This document shows, piece after piece, positions 33,572 to 43,126 of a stretch of DNA of 64,000 nt; positions within the stretch are counted from its first letter, which is position 1; each line of letters starts with the position of its first letter. Position numbers and translations under genes: made by a program. The stretch is taken from NCBI GenBank assembly GCA_963750165.1, contig CAVVPN010000012.1, forward strand, positions 672,001-736,000. Reading direction: 5' to 3'. Under the pieces are notes generated by a model, which was not told the DNA's origin, ran no database searches, and saw only the letters and a list, made by a program, of their open reading frames with translations. The stretch is from an uncultured Gemmataceae bacterium. Lineage in GTDB: Bacteria; Planctomycetota; Planctomycetia; Gemmatales; Gemmataceae.

Positions 33572-35015
33572 TCATCCTGCAACCTCCGACGGGGCCGGGG
33601 CAGGTTCACGCCGGCGCAGCCAGCGATCCCACGGCAGCAGCGGCAGGTACAGCACCAGCATGTACGGCGGAAAGCCGCCGATCTCCATCGTCAACCAGAT
33701 CCCCAGGTGAAAGCAGACGCCGAACAGCAGCGCCGCGATCCGCGTCCAGCGGAACAGTACCAGCACCGGGAACGCCAGTTCCCAGACCAGCACCGACCAC
33801 GCCATCACCCGCAGGATTTCCAGCGGCACCGGGAACTGCGCAGTACGAGACGCGCGTCAGCACCACGTCGCCGAGCACGTAGTACAGACTCGTGCCCGCC
33901 GACCAGTCCTTGCCCGTGTACTTGAACAGGCCGTTCATGAAATAGCAGTAGATCAGCTGCACGAACAGCAGCCGCAGCGCCCACGGCGAGACGTAGGCCA
34001 CGCCGCGCAACGTCCCCCAGCGCCGCGCCAACCAGGCGTCCAGCGACCAGGCGGCGCCGCACGGGCACAGCATCAGATAGAACGTGATGATGCTGCGCAC
34101 CTGGTCGCCGGCGTTGGTGATGCTGAAGTTCAGGTTGTCGAACGACTGGCCCAGCGCCCAGACCGCCACGGCAGCAACGCGCGTGCCCAGGCCGAGCAGC
34201 AGCAGCAGCGTCGCCCCCACCCAGACGGCCATGCCCACGTCGATGGCCCGCGGCTCGGCCAGCCAGCGCGTCTGCGTCCAGCGCAGCCAGTCTGGCCCGG
34301 CCGGGTCCGTCGTCCATGTCTGCCACTTCAGCCAGCCGGCCACGACCAGCAGCCCCGTGGCCCCGGCACACGCCAGCAGGCCGGGCCACACCCAACGGTC
34401 CTCCGCGGCCGCCTGGCTGCGCCGCCACAGCCCCAGGAACAGAAACACCAGCGCCACGGCAAACACCACCAGTGGCACCCGCAGCACCAGGCCCGCGCGC
34501 ACCGCGACCGTCCGCGCGACCTGATCCGCGTCGCCAACCGGCGGCGGCAGCTCGGCCAGGCGCACCCAGAGGCCCAGCACCCCGACCACGACGCTGACCA
34601 GCCAGACGACCAGCGCCCAACGCAACGTCGGCGGGTCCGGCACGTTCGTGCCCAGCCGCGCCCGCAGCCCCACCAGCACGAACGCTGTGCTGCCCAGCCA
34701 CGCCAGTAGCGCAAGCGCCGACAGCAGTGGGTCCGCGAAGCCGCGCAGCAGCGACCAGTAACATTTCTTGTCCTGCACCAGGTAGGCGAAGATTTCCGGG
34801 CTGCCGAGGCTGTCCGGACCGAAGAAGTCGTGCCGTAGCGGCCAGTACACGCAGACGATGTCCCAGAGCAGCACCGCCGCCAGACCGATGCGCAGCACCG
34901 CCAGGTATTCGGCGCGCACCGGCTCCGTCCACCAGCGCGACGCGGCCAGCGGCCAGGGCAGCCACGGTTGCAGGCCCACCACCTGGCGGCCCTCCGGCAC
35001 GGCGGCGTCAGTCAC
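33572..35015 (-). CDS. HTTM-domain membrane protein (SdpB/VKG-carboxylase-like), with a frameshift at ~33842
   Basis: LAVLRIG, N....NAGD, SLDAW, LRLLFVQL..Y..NGL.K....W..G, WEL.FP, FHLGI...M.IG.F; removing the base at 33842 joins VSY-AQFPVPLEILR. Confidence 0.85.
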
Positions 35016-36036
35016 TGATGGCCACCCTCTCGAACCGCTGGGTCACGTGGTTGTACGCCTCCAGCTCGTGGAAGCCAGCCGGCGCGGAGTCGCCCGGTTG
35101 CCAGCGCGCCACCGGCTCGACGAACGGCCCAATCAGGTAGGGCGGCGCCTCGTCCGGGTCGGCGATGCGGAAGCGGCGCATCAGCAGGATCACCTGGGCC
35201 GGCATCGGCGTGCCGGGGTGCGCCGCCAGGTACGCCCGCGTCCGCCAGCGCAGGTAAGCGCTCACGGCGGCGCCCTCGTTCCTCACATACCTGCGCGTCT
35301 CGCGGTTCCAGCGTTCCAACATGATGTCGTAAGTCTCGTCTTCCCAGGACGGCACCAGTTCCAGGTTCACGGCGCTATCGTAGAGGCGGAGGCGGAACCG
35401 GCCGACGCGGAAGAAGCGCCGCAGGTCCGGCGGTTCGTTGTCGGAGCGGACCAGTTCCGTGGGCGGCGGCATTGGCATGGGCGTCTGCCGCACTGCCGCT
35501 GCGAGGACGGCGGCGTCCAGCGGCGTGGCCGCGGCCAGCCCGGCCAGGTGACGACCGGTTCGCTCGACGTGGTAGGGCAGCCGCGGCAGCGGACTGCGGC
35601 GCACGGGAGCCCACAGCGCGGCGGCCTGCAGGGGGTGCTGGGCGGCCAGCACCGCCAACGGCCGAGCGAAGCGCGGCGCACTCTGCGGATCCTCTTCCCA
35701 GTGCAATTCCAGGGCGGGGAAGATGCACTGGTTGCTGACGTTCGGCGCGAACAGGCACCAGCTCTGTGACTGTCCTGTTATCTGGGCGTACTGACGGCTG
35801 ATCTCCGTCAGCGACTGGAACAGGTTCTCGACCTGGCCGCGCTTCTCCACCCAGCCCGGGGCAATGGGCTCGATCAGCGCCGGCACATCCGGAGGCAGCT
35901 TTTTCCGATCCCGATCGCCCTGATCCAGGACGTTGATCGCGAACAGGAAGAACAACTGCCAGACGATGAAGATGCCCAGCAGCACACGCGCCCCGGCGTT
36001 CGCGGCTGGCCGGCCCGTGGGCGGCGTTGGTTCCAT
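35008..36036 (-). CDS. HTTM partner protein (SdpA/DUF5819-like)
   Basis: N-terminal TM, then Y...TGQ.QSWCLFAPN motif; stop overlaps the HTTM start region. Confidence 0.7.
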   Translation of the reverse strand: MEPTPPTGRPAANAGARVLLGIFIVWQLFFLFAINVLDQGDRDRKKLPPDVPALIEPIAPGWVEKRGQVENLFQSLTEISRQYAQITGQSQSWCLFAPNVSNQCIFPALELHWEEDPQSAPRFARPLAVLAAQHPLQAAALWAPVRRSPLPRLPYHVERTGRHLAGLAAATPLDAAVLAAAVRQTPMPMPPPTELVRSDNEPPDLRRFFRVGRFRLRLYDSAVNLELVPSWEDETYDIMLERWNRETRRYVRNEGAAVSAYLRWRTRAYLAAHPGTPMPAQVILLMRRFRIADPDEAPPYLIGPFVEPVARWQPGDSAPAGFHELEAYNHVTQRFERVAISD

Positions 36037-36040
36037 GCAA

Positions 36041-36087
36041 CTCCCCCTCACCCCCAACCCCTCGCCCCCTTCAGGGGGCGAGGGGAG
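36041..36087. repeat. CCCTCxCCC REP-like palindrome
   Basis: CCCCTCACCCCCAACCCCTCGCCCCCT-TC-AGGGGGCGAGGGG; related hairpins at ~22226, 59862 and 60245. Confidence 0.75.
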
Positions 36088-36095
36088 AATTTCGC

Positions 36096-37199
36096 TCACC
36101 TCTTATCCCAGACCGTAATCACCGCCTTCTGGCCCAGCACGCGCACGCGCAACTGTCGCGCCGACTGCCAGCCGATCGCCCGCGCCGCCTCGCGGAGCGC
36201 CGGCGCGTCGGCCACCAGCAGCACCGCCCGGCCCCCCGGCCGCAGCACGCGATCATACTCCGCCAGCGCCGCACGGTACAGCGGCCCCACCTCATCGGGC
36301 GTGCTCAACTGCTTGCCGAACGGCGGGTTCGACACGATGCGATCCACGCTCGCGTCCGCCAGCGGCAGTTCCCGGGCGTCCCACCGCTCCAGTTGCACTT
36401 GCCCGACTGACCGCAGATTCGCCGCCGCGGCGCGCAGGTGTCCCGGGTCAATGTCGCCGCCCAGCACCGCGCCCACCGTCCCCTGTTCCCTACCCTGGCG
36501 CCACTGCCGTTCGCGCAGGCCGAGCAGTTCGGCCAGGATGGTGCCGGCGCCGCACATCGGGTCGAGCACGACATGCTCCAGCCGCGGTTCGGCCAGGCGC
36601 ACCAGCGCCGCGGCCATCGTCGGCCGTAGCGACGCCGGCAGGTGCTCGTGCTTGTACGTCCGGTGCCGCATTGTTCGATCCGACAGCCGCAGACCGCACA
36701 CGGCCGTGGTCTCGTAGATGGTCAGCCAGATTTCGACCGCGGCGTTCTCCTCGGCCGGCTTCCAGCTGGCCGGCAGCTTGCCCGCGAGCCCCTTCGCCAG
36801 CGCCTTTCGCGCGTCCACCCGACGATAGCCGTGCGTGCCGGTCATCTGCGCCACCAGGCGGTAAGTCGGCTTGCCCTTCGGCCGCGGCCGCACAGCGTGG
36901 TGCAGCCGTAGCAGTTCCTGCCAGTCCGCCTCGTGGGCGGTCCACTTGCGAATGCGCTCCAGGTCTTCGGCGCGGTACGTCAACTGGTCGGTGCCCCAGG
37001 CCAGCAGGAACACGTCCTCGGTGGTGCGCAACCGCAGCAGTTCCGCGTCGATCTCCGGCACGCGGAAGACGACGACCTGTTCTCCGGTACGCTTGACCGT
37101 GCCGTTCAGGTCGTGGGTGATCTCGTCGGCCGCCACCGGCTCCAGTCCGGGCAGGACCAGCGCGTAGCAGGGCGGCGCGGTGTCGGTGGGTTTGGACAT
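36096..37199 (-). CDS. THUMP/UPF0020-type SAM-dependent RNA methyltransferase
   Basis: GLE.VAA.E, M.HR.YK..H.PASLRPT.AAA, LDPMCGAGTI..E, WDA..LPL, SNPPFG. Confidence 0.9.
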   Translation of the reverse strand: MSKPTDTAPPCYALVLPGLEPVAADEITHDLNGTVKRTGEQVVVFRVPEIDAELLRLRTTEDVFLLAWGTDQLTYRAEDLERIRKWTAHEADWQELLRLHHAVRPRPKGKPTYRLVAQMTGTHGYRRVDARKALAKGLAGKLPASWKPAEENAAVEIWLTIYETTAVCGLRLSDRTMRHRTYKHEHLPASLRPTMAAALVRLAEPRLEHVVLDPMCGAGTILAELLGLRERQWRQGREQGTVGAVLGGDIDPGHLRAAAANLRSVGQVQLERWDARELPLADASVDRIVSNPPFGKQLSTPDEVGPLYRAALAEYDRVLRPGGRAVLLVADAPALREAARAIGWQSARQLRVRVLGQKAVITVWDKR

Positions 37200-37222
37200 A
37201 ACGGCTTTCGGAACGCTACCGT

Positions 37223-37306
37223 ATTCGGCCGGCCAGCGAGCGGGGTCGCGTCAGCGCCCCGTGCGACCTCACGTGGCGCTGACGCGACCCCGCTCTCCGG
37301 CCGAAT
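37223..37306. repeat. REP-like palindrome
   Basis: ATTCGGCCGG..GAGCGGGGTCGCGTCAGCGCC / GGCGCTGACGCGACCCCGCTC..CCGGCCGAAT. Confidence 0.8.
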
Positions 37307-37335
37307 GTGTGGACCGGTGTATACTCCCTGTCCCC

Positions 37336-37363
37336 TTGCGGAAATCGGCAACCTCGTTATACT
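37336..37363 (+). promoter_or_regulatory. Putative sigma70 promoter of the TPR-alphaCTD gene
   Basis: TTGCGG-16 nt-TATACT. Confidence 0.5.
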
Positions 37364-37452
37364 AACACATCCACCCTTACAATCAGCAGGTAACCAAAAA
37401 ACCGCAAGCATCAACAAGTACGAAGGAAGCCGGTCACGGCGGAGGGAGTTTC

Positions 37453-38790
37453 ATGGCTGAGGCGATGCTCATCGACTTGAAGGCGCTGCTGGTGGAGCGC
37501 GACGAGTGCAACGCAGGGACAGTACAGAAGATCCGCGAGGCGCTGGCGCAGGGCAAGACGCAATACCGCACCCTGCGCGACGTGACAGACGTTCTGAAGA
37601 AGAAGGCGGAGACGGCGGCGCCGGCGCAGGCCAGGACGTGGCACCTCAAGCTCGGCATCGCGTCCTTTTTCCTGGGCCACCTCGGCGACGCGGTGGCGCA
37701 CCTGAAGCAGGCCGAGGGTGCTCTGGCGTGCTTCTACCTCGGCCGCGCCCTGGTCGAACGGCAAGAATACGACGACGCCCTGAAGGCGTTCGAGAAGGCG
37801 GAGAAGGCGGGCTACACGGCCAGCCAGGTGCAGTTACAGAAGGCCGGCATTCTGCGGCAGCGCGGCGAGCTGAAGGAGGCGCGGGCGCTGCTGAACAAGC
37901 TCAGCGACCAGTCCAGCCACAATGCCGAGTACCACTTCCAGCTGGCGAGCATTTACCTGGCGGAGGGCGAACGGCCGTCGGCAGTCAAGCACCTGGAAGA
38001 GGCGGTCAAGCTGGACCCCGGCCACACCGGGGCGCTGTTCCAGCTCGGCCACGCCAACGACCTGGCCGGCAACGATGACGACGCCATCATCTTTTACGAG
38101 CGCTGCCTGCAACATCCGCCGGTGCATATGAACGTGCTGATGAACCTTGGCGTGCTCTACGAGGACAGCGAGAAGTACGACAAGGCGGTGGACTGCTATC
38201 GCAAGGTGCTGCACGCGCAACCGCTGCACGAGCACGCCCGGCTGTTCCTCAAGGACGCCCAGGCGTCCATGAACATGTACTACAACCCCGACGACGAGGC
38301 GATGTCCAGCCGCTTCAGTCAGGTGCTGGAAATCCCCGTCACCGACTTCGAGCTGTCGGTGCGCAGCCGGAACTGCCTCAAGAAGATGAATATCAAGACG
38401 CTTGGCGACCTGACGCGCGTCAACGAGCAGCAGTTGCTCAGCAGCAAGAATTTTGGCGAAACGTCGCTGGCGGAGATCAAGGAGATGCTGGCGAGCAAGG
38501 GACTGCGGCTGGGCCAGTCGCTGGAGGAGGGCTCGACGTTCGAGCGCCGCTATTCGCCGCAGCAGCCGCTCAGCGACCAGGAGCAGGCGGTATTGAACAA
38601 GCCGGTCAGCGACCTGAATCTGTCGGTACGGGCTCGCAAGTGCATGAACCGCCTCGGCATCAACTCGCTGGGCGACCTCGTTGATCGCACCGCCGACGAA
38701 CTGCTGGAGTCCAAGAACTTCGGCATGACCTCGCTGACAGAGGTGCGCGACAAGCTGCGCGGTTACGGCCTGGCGCGTCGCGGGGATTGA
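37453..38790 (+). CDS. TPR-repeat protein with two RNA polymerase alpha C-terminal domains
   Basis: TPR helices, then IPVTDFELSVRSRNCL...LLSSKNFGETSL.EI and PVSDLNLSVRARKCM...LLESKNFGMTSL.EV; GGAGG RBS. Confidence 0.93.
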   Translation: MAEAMLIDLKALLVERDECNAGTVQKIREALAQGKTQYRTLRDVTDVLKKKAETAAPAQARTWHLKLGIASFFLGHLGDAVAHLKQAEGALACFYLGRALVERQEYDDALKAFEKAEKAGYTASQVQLQKAGILRQRGELKEARALLNKLSDQSSHNAEYHFQLASIYLAEGERPSAVKHLEEAVKLDPGHTGALFQLGHANDLAGNDDDAIIFYERCLQHPPVHMNVLMNLGVLYEDSEKYDKAVDCYRKVLHAQPLHEHARLFLKDAQASMNMYYNPDDEAMSSRFSQVLEIPVTDFELSVRSRNCLKKMNIKTLGDLTRVNEQQLLSSKNFGETSLAEIKEMLASKGLRLGQSLEEGSTFERRYSPQQPLSDQEQAVLNKPVSDLNLSVRARKCMNRLGINSLGDLVDRTADELLESKNFGMTSLTEVRDKLRGYGLARRGD

Positions 38791-38800
38791 AAGAACCAAG

Positions 38801-38897
38801 ACCAATCACGAAAACACGAACGAACGAAAACACGAAAAAAGACTTATATTATTGGTCTTTTTTCGGGTTTTCGTTCGTTCGTGGTTTCGTGATTGGT
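38801..38897. repeat. CACGAA-type palindrome
   Basis: ACCAATCACGAAAACACGAACGAACGAAAAC / GTTTTCGTTCGTTCGTGGTTTCGTGATTGGT. Confidence 0.85.
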
Positions 38898-38986
38898 ATT
38901 TATTCCCCCCGAGCAGCCTGATAAAGTTGACGCGGCGCGGGAGGAGCCCGCACACCGCAACCGCCCGACGCACGGAGGCGCAGGCC

Positions 38987-40333
38987 ATGGACGCGAGCCC
39001 CGCCCTTGCCATCCCCACCCACCCGCGCGAACGCTGGTTCGCCGTCGGCCTGCTGCTCTTCTTCGTGGCGCTCAGCGTCCAGTACAGCTTCAAGGTCCGC
39101 GACGACGACCACCGCGACAACCGCTCCGCCATCCTCCGCTGGCGCGAACAGATCCTCGAACTCGACCACGGCGTCAACATCTTCGACCGCCACAACTACC
39201 CAAACCCGCCCATCATGGTCCTGCTGCTTTCGCCGGTCGTCCACCTGCCGCCACTGATCTGTTCGCTGTGCTGGTTCTATCTCAAGGTCGTCATGGTGGT
39301 CGTCGCCATCGCACTGGCGTTCCGCCTGGTGGAGTCGCCGGCCCGGCCGTTCCCGGCGTGGGCCAAGGCCGTCACGGTCGTGCTCAGTCTGCGGCCCGTC
39401 ATGGGCGACCTCAGTCACGGCAACATTAACATCTTCATCCTGTTCCTGGTGGTGCTGGCGCTGTACGCCTACCGCCGTCGCCGCGAACTGCCCGCGGGAC
39501 TGCTGCTCGGCCTGGCCGTCGCCTGCAAGGTGACGCCGGCGCTGTTCGTGCCGTATTTTTTGTGGAAGCGGTCCTGGCGCACGCTGGCCGGCTGCGCCGC
39601 GGGGCTGGTGCTGTTTTTCTGGCTGGTGCCGGGGCTGCTACTCGGCTTCGACCGCAACGCCGAGTGCCTGTCCAGCTGGTACGACAAGATGATTGTGCCG
39701 TTCGTCTTCGGCGGCGAGATCACGCCGGAGCACAACAACCAGTCGCTGCCCGGCGTCCTCACCCGGTTGTTGACGCGCGAGCCATCATTCACGCACTTCG
39801 CCGACGGCCACTACGTCGCCGACGAGTTTTACAACATCGCCGACCTTGGCGCCGGCTGGGTGCGGCTGCTCATCAAGGGCTGCATGGCGGTGTTCGCGCT
39901 GGCGGTGGTGTGGGCGTGCCGGACGCCGACGACGGGGCGGCGTGGCTGGCGGCTGGCGGCGGAGTTCAGCGTCGTTGTACTGGGCATGCTGCTGTTCAGC
40001 GAACGGACGTGGAAGCACCATTGCGTGACGCTGCTGCTGCCGTTCGCGGTGATCGTCTACTGGCTGGCGACGCACCGGGCTGGCACGGCGTTGCGGGCGT
40101 ACCTGGTCGGCACGCTGACGGTGGTGACGCTGCTGATGGCCTCGACGAGTACGGGGCTGGCGGACGCGCTGGAGAAGGCGGCCAAGCTGGCGCAGACCTA
40201 CGGGGCCTACGTGTGGGCGTATCTGCTGCTGATCGGGGCGCTGGTGGTGCTGCTGCGACACCGCGGGGATACGGCGGCGGTCGGGGCCGCCACGCTACCG
40301 GACGGACGGCGGCGCCAGTCCGCGGCGGCGTGA
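38987..40333 (+). CDS. Glycosyltransferase family 87 (DUF2029) membrane protein
   Basis: YPNPP, GN.N.F..F, G...GLA.ACKVTP.LF, NQSL motifs; many TM helices; GGAGG RBS. Confidence 0.88.
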   Translation: MDASPALAIPTHPRERWFAVGLLLFFVALSVQYSFKVRDDDHRDNRSAILRWREQILELDHGVNIFDRHNYPNPPIMVLLLSPVVHLPPLICSLCWFYLKVVMVVVAIALAFRLVESPARPFPAWAKAVTVVLSLRPVMGDLSHGNINIFILFLVVLALYAYRRRRELPAGLLLGLAVACKVTPALFVPYFLWKRSWRTLAGCAAGLVLFFWLVPGLLLGFDRNAECLSSWYDKMIVPFVFGGEITPEHNNQSLPGVLTRLLTREPSFTHFADGHYVADEFYNIADLGAGWVRLLIKGCMAVFALAVVWACRTPTTGRRGWRLAAEFSVVVLGMLLFSERTWKHHCVTLLLPFAVIVYWLATHRAGTALRAYLVGTLTVVTLLMASTSTGLADALEKAAKLAQTYGAYVWAYLLLIGALVVLLRHRGDTAAVGAATLPDGRRRQSAAA

Positions 40334-40344
40334 CAACGCGAAAG

Positions 40345-40387
40345 CCCCGTTTCCGTTTCGCGCGAGTCGTGCGAAACGGAGACGGGG
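40345..40387. repeat. REP-like palindrome between convergent genes
   Basis: CCCCGTTTCCGTTTCGCGCGA / TCGTGCGAAACGGAGACGGGG. Confidence 0.8.
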
Positions 40388-40404
40388 CCCAGGCATCTCA
40401 CATA

Positions 40405-41304
40405 TCATTGATCTGGCAGCTGGAGAACATTCACGCGGTTGTAGGCCCAGAAAGCCTGCCAGACGGCAGTGTCGGCAGCCTCGGCCGCGGTCGCGCTCAC
40501 GGCGTTGCAGCAGGTGTACATGTATTGATAATTCCGAACCGACCCGTCGGCCCAGAGCACCGGGGAGGCGCCAATGTGCGGCCCCCCCATGTGGTTTTCA
40601 TCGACCCCCTGCGAGTCGTGGATGTAGCCGTGGTCGGCACCACCGTTGGCGTCGGTCCAGCGCATGTTCGGGAAGGTGCCGTTGGAGGCGTACGTCTGCC
40701 ACCAGCCGGTGTCGTTGCTGGCGCCGCCGTTGTAGAGGCTAGGGTCGAGAATGCTGTGTGCCAGCAGCAGGGTGTTGGAGGTGCCGGCGCCTCTCGTGAT
40801 CTTTGAAATGGGGATGCCGACGTTGTCGTTCGGGTCCAGGATGGATTGGTAGGCGGTCGCGATGACGACCATGCCGTTGATCTGGCCGCCGTTGAGGGCG
40901 CCGGAGCCGCCCGCCGTGTTGCCGATGGACGCGCTGTAGGCGCCGGAGTAGTCATTCTTGCCGCCGAGGCGTTGCCCGCGACTCGGGCACAGCAGCACAA
41001 CCAGCGTGGTGCCGGGCACCGCGTTCTGCTGCTCGATGAACGGCAGGATCAGTGTCGGCCAGCTGGGGGCGGTGGCAGGAGCCGTCCGCGTCTCGTGCGG
41101 CAGCCGCTTGTACTGATTCTCGAAGTTGTGCATGGCCTTACCGAGCTGGGCCATGTTGTTCTGACACTGGGCCATCGCGGCAGCCTCGCGCACTTTTTGC
41201 ACGGCGGGTAGGAGCAGGCCGATGAGGATGGCGATGATGGCGATCACCACCAGCAACTCGATCAGCGTGAACGCGGCACGACGAACTGGTTGAAGAGGTT
41301 TCAT
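40405..41304 (-). CDS. DUF1559 prepilin-type N-terminal cleavage protein
   Basis: [32 protein letters not shown]...CQNN; H-X9-DG motif ([12 protein letters not shown]). Confidence 0.96.
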   Translation of the reverse strand: MKPLQPVRRAAFTLIELLVVIAIIAILIGLLLPAVQKVREAAAMAQCQNNMAQLGKAMHNFENQYKRLPHETRTAPATAPSWPTLILPFIEQQNAVPGTTLVVLLCPSRGQRLGGKNDYSGAYSASIGNTAGGSGALNGGQINGMVVIATAYQSILDPNDNVGIPISKITRGAGTSNTLLLAHSILDPSLYNGGASNDTGWWQTYASNGTFPNMRWTDANGGADHGYIHDSQGVDENHMGGPHIGASPVLWADGSVRNYQYMYTCCNAVSATAAEAADTAVWQAFWAYNRVNVLQLPDQ

Positions 41305-41346
41305 GGACTGCCCCGAGACTGGGTACTGGATTGATGATTAAATGAG

Positions 41347-41375
41347 AAAATAGCGAAACGCGGCGATCTCGTCAA
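41347..41375 (-). promoter_or_regulatory. Putative sigma70 promoter of the DUF1559 gene
   Basis: TTGACG-17 nt-TATTTT with an AT-rich upstream element. Confidence 0.5.
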
Positions 41376-41430
41376 GGAAAATATTAATTTTCTTGAAAGA
41401 GTGGCAGCCAGCAAGCCTATCTGCGAGTGG

Positions 41431-42957
41431 TCACGCCAACAATTCCTGCACCACGGCCGCGTTCGGCACCAGCGGCAGCGGCCGGCCGGTGCGGTCAGTC
41501 AGCGTCGTCTCCGGGTCGATGCCGAGCAGATGGTACACCGTCGCCAGCACGTCCTTGGGCGAGACCGGCCGCTCCGTGACCGTGGCCGCGTGCGCGTCGG
41601 TGCGGCCGACGACCCGGCCCCGGGCGACGCCGCCGCCAGCGAACAAACAGGTGTACGCCTGCGACCAGTGATCGCGGCCGCCGCCGCGGGCATTATTGAG
41701 GCGCGGCGTGCGGCCATGCTCGCTCAGGCACAGCACCAGCGTCTCGTCCAGCAGACCGCGTGCGTCCAGGTCGCGCACCAGCCCCGACAGCGCCCGGTCC
41801 AGCCCCGGCATCAGTTCGTGGCGCAGGCGCTGGTAGTGGTCCCAGTGCGTGTCCCAGCCCGAGCCCGCCAGGCCGTACTCGTCCCAGAACACCGTCACGA
41901 AGCGCGAGCCCGCCTCGACCAACCGCCGCGCCGTCAACGCCGCCTGGCCGAAGAGGGTCATGCCATACTGCTCGCGCAGCGGCCGCGGTTCGCGGTCCAG
42001 GTCGAGGGCCGTGTGGATGCGCTCCGAGCCCATCAGGTTGTAGGCCATCTGCCGGTAGCGATCCAATCCCTGCACCGCCTCGCCGTCCACCTGCCGCCGG
42101 GCCGCGTCGAGCTGCGCCGCCAGGCTGCGGCGCTGATTGAGGCGGTCGAGTGTCAGGTGCGGCCCCAGGTTCGTGGCCGACGCCAGGACGAACCGGCTGT
42201 CCGGCGCGATGCCGACGTAGGGCTCGGGGCCGTCGAAGCGCTGGTCCTGCAGCGTCTTGACGGCGGTGCCCGTGGCCCGGCCGCGGAACTCCGTCCACAG
42301 CGGGTTGTAGGCGCTGCCGAGAAACGCAGCATACGGGCCGGCGCGCGGCACCTCGCCGACGCGCTGACTGCTGAACGGGAACGGCAGCGCGACGTTGGTC
42401 GGAGCCCTCCTTGTTGGGGCCCGGTCTCCTGACCGGGCTCCGTCGGGCTCGGCCCGGCGTTCGAGGTAATCGACGACCGAGCCGACGAACGGCCAGTGGC
42501 GGCCGTCGCGCGGGTTGAGTTCCAGCGGCACGTCGATGTGCGGTACGCCGGTCAGCGCGTAGGCGACACCGTGCAGCGGAAATGGATGCGTCATCGAGCG
42601 CACCACCGTCATCCGGTCCAGCACGCCGGCGACGTGCGGCAGCAGTTCACAGACATCACAGCCCGGCAGGGTGGAGCGGATGGGCCGCAGTTCGCCGCGG
42701 ATGTTTTCCGGGGCGTCGGGCTTCATGTCGCACAGTTCCAGCTGGCTCGGCGCGCCGTAGAGGTAGAGCAGGATGCAGGCTTTGGCGCGGCCAAAGGTGC
42801 GCGGCGTTGGGGCCTGCGGCTGGGATGCTTGCAGGTCGGCGAGGCGCAGCAACTGCGGCAGGCCAAGGCCGAACAGACTGAGGCCGCCGGCCCAGAGCAT
42901 GTCGCGGCGCGTCAGGCCGTCGCAGAGCGTTTTCGGCGAGCCGAGGATGCGGAGCAT
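41431..42957 (-). CDS. DUF1501 domain protein (Tat-type N-terminus)
   Basis: CDG.TRRDML..G, FGRAK.CILL.L.G.PSQ...D.KP, YG...FGQ..L.ARRLVEAG, WDTH, SEHGRTP, GRDHW. Confidence 0.96.
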   Translation of the reverse strand: MLRILGSPKTLCDGLTRRDMLWAGGLSLFGLGLPQLLRLADLQASQPQAPTPRTFGRAKACILLYLYGAPSQLELCDMKPDAPENIRGELRPIRSTLPGCDVCELLPHVAGVLDRMTVVRSMTHPFPLHGVAYALTGVPHIDVPLELNPRDGRHWPFVGSVVDYLERRAEPDGARSGDRAPTRRAPTNVALPFPFSSQRVGEVPRAGPYAAFLGSAYNPLWTEFRGRATGTAVKTLQDQRFDGPEPYVGIAPDSRFVLASATNLGPHLTLDRLNQRRSLAAQLDAARRQVDGEAVQGLDRYRQMAYNLMGSERIHTALDLDREPRPLREQYGMTLFGQAALTARRLVEAGSRFVTVFWDEYGLAGSGWDTHWDHYQRLRHELMPGLDRALSGLVRDLDARGLLDETLVLCLSEHGRTPRLNNARGGGRDHWSQAYTCLFAGGGVARGRVVGRTDAHAATVTERPVSPKDVLATVYHLLGIDPETTLTDRTGRPLPLVPNAAVVQELLA

Positions 42958-43126
42958 GGACGGTCGTCCTCACGAGGCACGGCGGGAGTGCCGGGCGGTT
43001 GGTTGTATCGTAGCCGCCGCGGCGCCGGCGCCGCAAGCAGAAAAGGCGGCGGCGCCGCTCCGTTGACCGGCCGGCGCCGCGCCGTTACCTTGCAGGTATA
43101 CCCAGTTCGCCTCCCGGAGTGCTGCC

